Source: Chiloscyllium plagiosum
Taxonomy: Eukaryota
Assembly: GCF_004010195.1 (NCBI RefSeq)
Contig: NC_057751.1
Span: 13,904,670 to 13,924,669 of the forward strand
Direction: 5' to 3'
Length of the DNA stretch: 20,000 nucleotides
Shown here: piece after piece, positions 9,286-19,199 of the stretch
Numbering within the stretch: position 1 is the first letter of the stretch
Layout of the letters: each line of letters begins with the position of its first letter
The notes under the pieces: generated by a model
Told to the model about the DNA's origin: nothing
The model's input: only the letters and a program-made list of their open reading frames with translations
Databases searched by the model: none
Translations under genes and position numbers: made by a program

Positions 9286-10698
9286 TCTGTCTGAAAAATT
9301 GGACTGTGCAATCTCTATTTTTCAATGCACCGTATCCTATGAATACTCAAAAATGATGCCTGAGATATGTTCCTGTACTTTCATAAGATGCCACCTTGGT
9401 AAAGGAGTTTGTGTACACAGACTTAATGACTGCAACATTTTAACACCAAAGTATGGCGCAGATTTGATGCCAGCACTGCATTTTTAAAAATTCTATATTT
9501 CCACCTAAACCCTTAACGTTGTGCCGCTGAATAATTAAATGATTTGGAAAGGCCCTTCCTCCTACCAACACAACTGTAAGAGATCATGAACTACTTACAG
9601 GTTAGTTGTTGTATTATTTCTTATGGGTGCTGGTGTAACTGTATGCACTGGCATTATAAAGCAATGGCCAGTGTGTGACTTTGCACTCCAGTGAGCTGGT
9701 ACTTGTGCTTATCCTTTCCTCTCCCCTTTGCTTGCTCGTGTCCATTGTCTGGGAAGTGTGTCAATGAGTGTTTTTTCTAATATGTTTGAGTGATGTGGCT
9801 GTCATGATTGAGTAGCTGCCATTTGATGAGAACTGAGAGTATGTGGCGTTACATGCGAGGTAAACATGTGAGACGAGGGATTGGTTGAGGGAGTACCAAC
9901 AGAGAGAAGGTTTCAGTTGAAGGGTGCTGAGATTACATAAGGTACTTAGCCAATGAGATCACTCAGCTTTGTTCTGTATGCATCCATGTTCTCAAAGCAA
10001 TTCCTGGCTTTTGCTATGACGACTTCCCTCTGCTTCTCAATGATGTGCCTGGAAAATCATTTGTCTCTACCCTCTGAATATATTACATCTCTCCTACTTT
10101 CCATTTCTTAGACCAAGGCCTTCTGCACAGTATCTGAGGATACTGTCTCTCTCTATTTCTCATGTGTTCAGTCATTGCCCAAACTTCCATGATTCTGACC
10201 ATACCTTGCAGCCATAGAGCAACTTTTGCTATCCAATGTCTGGTTTGCACATTGACATTTCCGACTGTGTGTGCAGCCAGCCTTATAAGTTGGTTCTTAT
10301 ATTTCTTCTGACAGTTATTTACTTTCAATGAAGGAACCTTAATAGCAAAATAATTCAAAGAAAATATTATTGTCAGGGTATTATTGAAAAATGGATCTGC
10401 AACTTCATGATCTTTATCATGAAATGTGAATGGTTTGTACTAGAAGAATAACCTTATGTTCAGGGATTAAATGGTTTTGATCTGAATGAATGAATGAGAT
10501 TTGATTCTCGAGTTTTGAGAACTGCTGATAACTATTACTGATAATCGCATTCAGTGGAGAGAGGAAAAGTTTCTATATTCTGAAAGAGCTACTGGTTGGC
10601 CACTGTGTGAATAAATTCATTCTTTAAAAAAATGACAGGAATTGCATCATGGTCCAAAGTGTTTCTTTGGTCAAATGTGTGTAACTGTGTCAAGTTTT

Positions 10699-11030
10699 GG
10701 GCGGCACGGTGGCACAGTGGTTAGCACTGCTGCCTCACAGTGCCTGAGACCCGGGTTCAATTCCCGCCTCAGGCGACTGACTGTGTGGAGTTTGCACGTT
10801 CTCCCCGTGTCTGCGTGGGTTTCCTCCGGGTGCTCCGGTTTCCTCCCACAGTCCAAAAAAGATGTGCAGGGTCAGGTGAATTGGCCATGCTAAATTGCCC
10901 GTAGTGTTAGGTAAGGGCTAAATGTAGGGGTATGGGTGGGTTTCGCTTCGGCGGGTCGGTGTGGACTTGTTGGGCCGAAGGGCCTGTTTCCACACTGTAA
11001 TGTAATCTAATCTAATCTAATCTAATCTAA
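10699..11030 (+). mobile_element. Full-length young HE1/V-SINE-type SINE
   Basis: A box TGGCACAGTGG 10710-10720, B box GTTCAATTCC 10755-10764, V-domain body, CR1-like 3' end, (TAATC)n tail 11003-11030. CpGs are retained and it is highly similar to the copy at 16353-16702. Confidence 0.95.
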
Positions 11031-11217
11031 AAGTTCAACACTTGTATGTGGACATTTAGCTGTATATTTGTTCTTAACTGTAAGTTTTGTCAAGTTTTAT
11101 TTGAACTTTGGCTTAGAAAATAATTGCAGATGAGCGAATTCAACTTGCTCAACTTTCCTTCCAGTGACATCAGTTCTGGTACCTGACTGACCAGTGAACA
11201 AAACTCTTTTGTTTCTA

Positions 11218-11335
11218 CTGTTCTGACAAAGGGTCACTGGACTTGAAAGATTAACTTTGTTCTTCTCTCCATAGATGCTGCCAGACCTGCTGAGTTTCTG
11301 CAGTATTTTCAGTCTTTGTGTTGCTTCCACATTCC
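11218..11335 (+). mobile_element. Penelope-like terminal fragment
   Basis: ttctgacaaagggtcactggacttgaaagattaac (decayed hammerhead) followed by gatgctgccagacctgctgagtttctgcag, which resembles the reverse complement of 3850-3879. Confidence 0.6.
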
Positions 11336-11449
11336 TGGTATTAGTGACAGTTATTTGCTGATGTCATTCCTGGAGTTCTATCTTGCACGACGTAGACGTG
11401 TTTTCCTGTGCAGCAGTTTAACGTACCAATATTACAGGCTCATCGTTCC

Positions 11450-12105
11450 CAAGATCATAAACACATAAAATTTAGAAGCAATTTGGCCCATTAAATCTGT
11501 TCCACAATTCAATGAGGTCATGGCTGACGTGATATTCTTCAACTCCATTTTCCTGACCTTAGCCCCATCAACCTTGATTCCCTTACTGGATCTCAGCCCT
11601 GATCCAGTCTCAGCAACGTCCCACTTCAACTAATTCCACAGATTCGCTACTTTCTAAAAGACAACATTCCTCCTCATTTCTGTTTTAAATGGGTGATCCC
11701 CATACTCTGAGATGATGCCCTCTGGTCCTAGAATCTCCCCATAATGGGAAACAAACTTTCTACAACTACTCTATCAAGCCCCCAAAGAATTTTATATGTT
11801 TAAATAAGGTCATTTCTCAGTCTTCTGAACTCCAATCAGTTCAGGTCCAATCTACTCAAAACCACCAGCCAGAAAAATCCCTTAATACCTGGAATCAACC
11901 TTGTAAACCTTCTGTGAACTGCCTCCAGTGTCAGAATATTTTTCCTTCATTCAGGGGGCCAAAACTGTTCACAGTACCCCAATCTGATGAGAACCATATC
12001 TCACTTTATTTTTAAGCTATATTTTCTTCAAAATAAAGGCCAACAATCCATTTGCCTCCCCAATTAACTGCTGAACAGTGATGCTAGCTTTTTGTGATTC
12101 AGAAA
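11450..12105 (-). mobile_element. CR1 LINE 3' fragment (second subfamily)
   Basis: Same 3' UTR as the copy at ~15793 (aatctgYtccac.attcaa...tcttcaactcca.tttcctg). ORF2 C-terminal motifs in reverse, e.g. tctgagatgatgccctctggtcctaga (SRTRGHHLR). Confidence 0.85.
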
Positions 12106-12576
12106 GCAAAGCTGCGATCTTGTGATTCCGATTTTGGTTCCTCTAGGCCAGTCACCTTTTCAGGCTCCAGTATCTGTGTCGTCTCAATAATCAGTCTCCT
12201 GAAAGTCTCATAGCACATTTCAGCACTATACTCAAGGAATAAATGCACAATTAAGGTGCATTTTAACCTGAGCACTGTAGCTTCAGCTCTTCAACCTTGA
12301 ACTTGTCTTCTGTTAATTCATCAATATAACTCAGCAGTGTTTTAGTTTTATTGATTGCTACTTTGAGACAACTCGATGCACTAAAATGTGTTTTCATCTT
12401 TCCTTCAAACTGGAATTCTCCAGTCCAGGCAACATGCTCTTCTAGTTATTTTACTGTAATTGATCTGAGTATAGGGAAAACTGGAGCCAGTGCTTGAGTT
12501 CTTGATACAAATTCCACCACCGCTCTCCCTGGGTGGTGTAATTTCTTCTTCCTTCATAAACTTAACCTCATCCAAA

Positions 12577-12669
12577 ACTTGCCTTTATTGGTCAGTGCAT
12601 TGACTATAGGAGTTGGCAGGTCATGTTGCAGTTGTAAAGGACATTGGTTAGGCCACTTTTGGAATATTG
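12577..12669 (+). mobile_element. CR1 (HER1-like) fragment, left part; continues at 14449
   Basis: cttgcctttattggtcagtgcattgactatagg...ttggttaggccacttttggaatattg reads LAFIGQCIDYRSWQVMLQL*RTLVRPLLEY. Confidence 0.85.
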
Positions 12670-13602
12670 ATGGACAACTGCACCTCGTCCACAATGACGG
12701 TGAACACTGGAGCCTCCCTAGGGTTCCTTCTCAGCCCCTTCTGTCCTCCCTGGACACCCACAACTGTGTTGCTAAGTTCTGAACAAATGCCATCTACAAA
12801 CACGCTGATGACACCACCACGGTAGGATGGATATCTAACAATGACTAGTCAAATTACAGAAGACAGACAGAGGGCTCGGTGACATGGTGCAATGAGAACA
12901 ACTTCTCTCTCAATATCGGTAAAACAGAAGAACAGATCATTGGCTTCAGAAAGAAAGGAGGAGAACACATCCCCCATGTACACCAACGGAACGGAGGTTA
13001 AGTGGGAAAGCATCAAGGTGTGACGAGAATCAACAACCTGTCCCAGACTTTTCACGTAGATGCAACGCTCAAGAAAGCACAACAACGCTTCTTCTTCCTC
13101 AGCTTAGGAAATTTGCCATATCCATAAGGACCCTCACCAACTTTTACAGATGCACCATACAAAACAGAATATCAAGGTCCAGTATGGTCGAATCAGCCCA
13201 GAACTGTACAAAAATGCAAAGGATTGTGTGCACAGCCAGATCATCATGTAAGCCAACCTCTCATCTATGGACTCCATGTACACCTCTTGTTGCTGCAGAA
13301 GGCTGCCAACATCATCAAAGATGCACCCTAATCTGGGTAATGCTCTCCTACAACCTTACAACCTCTTCCATCCGGCAGAAGATACAGAAGCTTGAACACG
13401 TGCACCAGTAGTTTCAAGAACAGCTTCTTCCCTGCTGTTATTAGACTGATGAATGGACTCTCTAACTTCAAATAACGTTGATCTTTTTACTTTGATCTTG
13501 CTTCATGCACCTCCTTTGCAGTGTAAACTGCATGCCTCACTCTGACCAAGTTATCTTCACCCTGTGATCTCTATGTCCTTGTTATGGTTATGTCCTTACT
13601 AT
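12670..13602 (+). mobile_element. Rex1/Babar LINE, 5'-truncated RT C-terminal half and 3' UTR, pseudogenised
   Basis: Translation TSSTMTVNTGASLG..SP / THNCVAKF*TNAIYKHADDTTTVGWISNND*SNYR..VTWCNENNFSLNIGKTEEQIIGFRK ... FKNSFFPAVIRLMN is typical of Rex1 RT. Confidence 0.9.
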
Positions 13603-14369
13603 TGTTATGAAGTTGAAGATGTATACTGTACCTTTAAGAGAGAGTGAACGCTGTTCTGAACTGAGAGCTTACAAGCATCTGTGTGATATGACTAGATAGC
13701 AATCTCAGAATGGACGAGAAAATTGAAAAATGTAACATTTGGCTGTGAAATGGATGCCTGAGCTTTGGTTGCTATCTTAACAATTTGAATTTAACCAGTT
13801 TAAATTATGCCCCATGACACTAAAACCCAATTGACTTTGAATTTATTGTTTTGGCAACATCAAACCAATGAGAACGATCCAATGTTGGGAATGTGAAAAT
13901 GTGGATATTTTGAAAATTGGAGACAGAGCAACTACCAGAAAGATAGAAACAAGAAATTAGGAAACACTGTCTATCAAGGCTACCCTTTCATATGAAACAT
14001 GTTTGCAGTAAAAAGAAAGAAGATGACCCAGGGAGATCCTCAGTCGGAAGAGGGAAGTCACAGAAGGGGACAGCAGCTGTGTGGTTTTGTAATTAAGTTG
14101 ATGTAATTTTAATGTGCCATATTGGAACAGCATATTGTTATATAGTTATAGCAGTTAATAAACAGTTAAGAGAAAGGGGGGCTTTGAGTTGTGAATAATT
14201 GGTGTCTAATGTTCACTTTTAGAGTTAAAAAATAAATTGATGTTATTTTCATTACAGAGTGGAACTTGGGAGTTCTCTGTCACTCATGCTTTAACAGATT
14301 ACAAGGCGGGGTGAGCTTTTCTGGGTGTTTGGTTTAATTAACAGAAAGGTTCATCACCATGTCGTAACA
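13603..14369 (+). mobile_element. Solo LTR, 767 bp (Gypsy- or ERV-like; orientation tentative)
   Basis: Termini TGTTATGA...TCGTAACA (7/8 inverted match); exact 4-bp TSD CTAT at 13599-13602 / 14370-14373; CCAAT motifs ~13865-13885; AATAAA at 14157 and 14231. Confidence 0.85.
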
Positions 14370-14446
14370 CTATGATCTGCCTATACTGCTCACAAACAAA
14401 GCTTTTCACTGTGTGTAGGTATACATGACAATAAATCAAATAAAAA
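14370..14446 (+). mobile_element. Rex1/Babar 3' end, resuming after the LTR
   Basis: ctatgatctgcctatactgctcacaaacaaagcttttcactgtg...catgacaataaatcaaataaaa. Confidence 0.75.
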
Positions 14447-14448
14447 CG

Positions 14449-14958
14449 TATTGTATTCAGTTCTGATCTCCTTGCTATAGGGAGGATGTTGTGAAACTTG
14501 AAATGGTTCAGAAAATATTTCCAAGGATGTTGCCAGTGTTGGAGGGTTTGAGCTGGAGGGGGAAGATGAGTAGGCAGGGGCTGTTTTCCCTGGAGCATTG
14601 GAGGCTGAGGGGTGACTGTATGAAAGTTTATAAAATTATGAGGGGCATAGATGGGTGAATAGCTAAGGTCTTTTCCCCAGGGTAGCAGAATCCAAGGGCA
14701 TAGGATGAAGGTGAGAGGGGAAAGATTTAAAAGGGACCCAAGGGGCAACATTTTCACACAGAGGGTGGTGCATGCATGGAATGAGCTGCTAGAGGCTGGT
14801 ACAATTACCTTTAAAAGGCATCTGGATGTGTATATGAATAGGAAGGGTTTGCAGGGATGTGGGCCAAGTGCTGGCAAATGGGACGAGATTAGTTTATTTC
14901 GATATCTGGTCAGCATGGATGAGTTGGACCAGAGGGTCAGTTTCCAGCTCCATGACTC
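14449..14958 (+). mobile_element. CR1 (HER1-like) 3' fragment, right part
   Basis: Peptide KVRGERFKRDPRGNIFTQRVVHAWNEL..TFKRHLDVYMNRKGL. Aligns with 4697-5206 and ends ccatgactc. Confidence 0.92.
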
Positions 14959-15222
14959 AATAAAAACTGCTGCCTGTGTTTCAAACATCTTCTTTTAAGT
15001 ATGTTTTCATGTTTAGGGGTATAGCTTTTGGGTTGAGGGTGGAAAATTTTACATTTAATAGAAATAAAAACGTCTGATTTGAGAAACTGGTAAGCAAACC
15101 TAGAATCATTGCAAATCAAGGGGTTGCCTACATTTGTTTATAAGATATCTGAAATATGATGTTCAACTTGGTTATAATTGTTCTAATTCTGAAGCTTATA
15201 TGAGGCCATGTTTGGAAGTGTC

Positions 15223-15536
15223 AGAACAAAGAATAAAGAACAAAGAAAATTTACAGCCCAGGAACAGGCCCTTCGACCCTCCAAGCCTGAGCCCATCCAA
15301 ATGTACTGTCTAAACCTGTCGGTCAATTCCTAAGGATCTCTATCCCTCTGCTCACCACCTACTCATGCATTTGTCCAATCCACCGTAAATTAATCTACTG
15401 TGCCTGCCCCTACTACCACTGCTGGCAACGCATTCCAGGCACCTAATACCCTTTGTGTAAAGTACTTTCCGCATGCATCCCCCTTAAACTTTTCACCTCT
15501 CACCTTGAACGCGTGACCTCCCGTTATTGAATCCCT
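15223..15536 (-). mobile_element. CR1 3' end (third subfamily) with (TTCTTTG)n-type tail
   Basis: agaacaaagaataaagaacaaagaa tail, ggaacaggcccttcgaccctcc stem, cccttaaacttttcacctctcaccttgaac (FKVRGEKFKG reversed). AGAACA present at both ends (15223-15228 / 15537-15542). Confidence 0.85.
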
Positions 15537-15792
15537 AGAACAGTAAACTATGGGTGACCTTCTTTAGGTCTATCCTGAGATGGAGATCAATAATGGATTT
15601 AAATAATACCTATGATTTCCCAGAACAAAGTGAATTTGGGGCAACGTGTGAAGTTATTTTAAATTTATTTCTGGAATATCCTGAGTGGGCCATGCTACTA
15701 TGGGCATACATAAAAGGGAGGGTTTTCTTTTCAGTTTTTAAGTTTTATCTGTGCGATTTCTCACGGAAAACTTGGCTTTGACCAAAAAGCGA

Positions 15793-17344
15793 AAAGACAT
15801 GTGAGCAGAAGTAAGCTATTTGGCCAATTGAATCTGCTCCACCATTCAACAAGATCAGGACTGATCATCTTCAACTCCACTTTCCTGCCTTTTGCCCATA
15901 ACCCTCGACTCTGCCGCTGATTAAAACTCCGTCGAGATCAGCCTTGAATGCATTGAACAAACTAACCTCGACTTTTATCTGCAATAAAGAATTCATCAGA
16001 TTCACAACACTCTGAGAAAAGGAATTCTCCCTCAGTTCTGTCTTCAATGGGCAACCCTTTAACATGAGATTGCCCTACACTCTCCCAAAAGGAGAAACCA
16101 CCATTTTTACATCTCCTGTGTCGAGCTTCTGAAGAATCTTATATGTTTCAAGGAGGTTGCCTCTCATTCTTCTCAACTCCAAGTACGAGTTCAACCTCCT
16201 CGACCTCTCCTCAACAAGCAATCCCTCCATACCTGATAACAGCCTAATGAACCCTCTCGGTTCTGCCTCCAGTGCAGTGTATCTTTCCTTAAATAAGAAA
16301 TCCAAAATCGATAACAGTATTTTATCAAAACCTCACTACTTTTCGACTTTATGGGCGGCACGGTAGCACAGTGATTAGCACTGCTGCTTCACAGCGCCAG
16401 AGACCCGGGTTCAATTCCCGCCTCAGGCGACTCTCTGTGTGGAGTTTGCACATTCTCCCCGTGTCTGCGTGGGTTTCCTCCGGGTGCTCCGGTTTCCTCC
16501 CACAATCCAAAAAAAATGTGCAGGGGTTAGGTGAATTGGCCATGCTAAATTGCCCGTAGTGTTAGGTGAAGGGGTAAATGTAGGAGAATGGGTCTGGGTG
16601 GGTTACGCTTCGGCGGGTCAGTGTGGACTTGTTGGGCCGAAGGGCCTGTTTCCACACTGTAAGTAATCTAATCTAATCTAATCTGTAAGTAATCTAATCT
16701 AATTTATTCCCTTTGAAATAAAGATAGTGCCTTCACTGTTACCTGCTGAATTTGGATGCATCCTTTTTGTGATTCATGTACAAGAACTCTCAAATCCCTC
16801 TGTGCTGCAGTTTTCTGCAGTCGTTCTCCATTTAAATAACAGTCAGCTGATCTATTCTTCTTGTCAATGGGCATAACCTCACATTTTCCCACATGATATT
16901 CTATCTGACAATTTTCATCCACTTACTCAACCTATCTGTATCACTTTGCAGACTCTCTGTGCCGTCTTCAGCACTTACCTTCTCACCTATTTTTATGTCA
17001 TCTGCAAACTCATTTTCCTCATTCAAGTCATTAATAGTCATTGTAAATAATGATGGCCTGAGCACTGATCCCTGGGACTCCATGAGTGACATGTTGCCAT
17101 CCTGACGATGCCCCCGTTGTCACAACTTTCTGTCTTTCGCCAACCTGCTGTCTGTGCTGATAGACTAGCTCCAACACATTGGCCCTGATTAAATAACATT
17201 ATGTGTGGTACCTTTTCAAACATCTTTTCGAAACACAAATATGCTACATCTGCTCATTGCCTTTTATCTAGCCTGCTTGTTATCTTCTCAAAGCACTCTA
17301 ATAATATTTCAGACATAATTTCCCCTGCATGAAGACATGTTGAC
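15793..17344 (-). mobile_element. CR1 LINE RT C-terminal half plus 3' UTR, decayed; interrupted by a SINE at 16353-16702
   Basis: Peptides FEKVPH, SQGSVLRPSLFTMTINDL..FADDIKIG..ESLQSDTDRLSKW, VGKCEVM..QRDLRVLVHESQK, RRMRGNLLETYKIL. Confidence 0.92.
16353..16702 (+). mobile_element. Full-length young HE1/V-SINE-type SINE
   Basis: A box TAGCACAGTGA 16364-16374, B box GTTCAATTCC 16409-16418, (TAATC)n tail. TSD TTTAT at 16348-16352 / 16703-16707. Confidence 0.95.
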
Positions 17345-17969
17345 TGTGATGAGTTGTAATAAACATACATCTGTAGAGGCAGCATGGCAGAGATTTGAGA
17401 CAGGCAGAGGGATAATTTGCACAGAGCTGTCGCAGAGTTGTGGATTGAGGTTAGAGGTTAACTGAAACCTAAAGTTTTTCTGACTTGGATCAATAATGCA
17501 GTTGGTCGTTGTTTGAGTTGAGGAAGCCCACAAACATGGGATGTTGATAGAGATTTCGAGAATTCATCTAGGTGGATTCTGGTGGAAGGATCCTGTGAAA
17601 TTTCATCCCTTGTAGAATGGTGGGAAAACTCAGAAGAATCAAAAGAAATTTTTGAGAGCTGGCACATACCTTGGTTTGGTTCAGGGACCAGTGAAGTAAT
17701 CCAAAAGATTCACGAAGCTGTGGGGGAAGCTCTCAGACAGAAATAAGATTAGAATGGGAAGTGGTGTGTTGAGATTTTTGAGTTTACACTGCAAGTATTT
17801 TTGAATTTGGCAGTGTCTGTTTTGTTGAACTCATGTACAGTGCAGATTTTTTAATTTGAACTATGACATCTTGAGCTTAATTATTTCAAATAAAAGTTGG
17901 GAGTTAGAGTTTCATTTTAAAGTTACTGGTCCCTACCAAGATTGCAATAGCTGTATCTTACCTCACATC

Positions 17970-18371
17970 TTGTCCTGTTCATTCAGCTCGATACAATAGA
18001 GCTGTTATTTTATTCATTGACCGACAGTTACTCCAGCCTCTAATTTGAAAGCATCATCCTAATTTTCAAATTCTTTGAAGGCCTCATCCCTTCCTATTTC
18101 TGTAACCTCTTCCAACCCCACAATCCTCTTGGGTCTCCACACGCACTCAATTCTAATCTCACTCATTTCTAATTGTCATTGTTCCACCTCTCAACCTCTC
18201 TCTTCCCTTCAAATGCTCCTTCGAACCTACCTCTTTAGTCAAACTTTTACTTAATCTGTGCTCGTATATGCATATTAGGCTCAATTTTAGGCTCAAACTT
18301 TATTTTATGACACACCTGTCCACTGCCATTTCGCGATGTGGAAAATATGTTATAAATTCAGGTTATTGCTG
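17970..18371 (+). mobile_element. Old L2-clade LINE 3' end (boundaries approximate)
   Basis: atcctaattttcaaattctttgaaggcctcatcccttcctatttctgtaacctcttcca, ctccttcgaacctacctcttt and terminal tataaattcaggttattgctg resemble the L2 end (tataaatgcaagttgttgttg) from memory. Confidence 0.55.
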
Positions 18372-19199
18372 AGTCTGATATTTGTCACTTCTCAACCGAG
18401 TCTGGCATCCATGTCAAGATTGCAAAGTTGGGAATTGTTAACTCTTGATATCACTGAACTCTGCAAACACTGTAATCATGAAGGAAAAGTCTATAAATTG
18501 GAATTGCGAACAGATTCAGAGAGGAGCAGTTTCACTTAATAGAACTTACAATTGTCCTTAAGATTTTTTCAAATCAAATCAGCTTCAGATCAGAGATTCA
18601 CAACCTCAAAAGATCCTTCTGGAAAATTGAACCATGGCATTGTGACATTGAAGGAGAAAGTGCCAACCTCAGAATCCCATAGTAGGCTGGAATCTTGGTA
18701 TGAGGACTGCATTAAAACAGAGGCTCAAATTCAGGGCTCTTTCAGTGCAAGGGGCCATGGTGTTGGAACACCTTTGAAACAGAAAGTGTCAACCTCAGAG
18801 CCATTGAATCACAAAGCTTTGACAATACCAGCTCTGTTAACTGTAATCTTAAACTCATAATCGATTTGAAAGAGAAACTCCACATTTTAAAAGGACCTCA
18901 AAGTATCCACTAAAACAGAGCTGCTACAATGACTTTGATGACATTAATATCAAAAAGGCAAAGATGTTGCGATTCATGAGGATTGAAGAATGAATAATCT
19001 TGATTTTATCATGAGTGGAATTTTGTCCGCGTTAAACATAAATGATTTTTTGTGAAATACACCAGTTGTCTTAAAGTGAAATATGATATTCACTCATTGA
19101 CAATCCTTAAAATAATGAATTTTGAAACACTAAAACAAGATAAATCACAAAACGAACATTGTTCCTGGACTGCGTGCCATTGTTGCACAATCTGACCAA

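Noticed and set aside
10083..10358. 91-aa minus-strand ORF with an internal AAG|GTATGG donor
   Set aside because: Weak acceptor, no ATG start, no recognisable domain.
10699..10775. tRNA gene-like A/B boxes (also at 8008 and 16353)
   Set aside because: These are SINE heads followed by a V-domain-like body and a LINE-derived tail, not tRNA genes.
10642..10893. Similar ORFs at 10642-10893 / 16371-16559 and their antisense partners, resembling paralogous small proteins
   Set aside because: They are translations of two copies of the same SINE.
14338..14988. Longest ORF (216 aa, minus strand)
   Set aside because: It is the antisense reading of a CR1 3' fragment plus the Rex1 tail; no independent evidence of a gene.
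17345..17967. Possible second solo LTR (TGTGA...TCACA, AATAAA at 17889)
   Set aside because: The flanks (tgac / tctt) give no TSD, so the boundaries cannot be supported; a copy-number search is needed.
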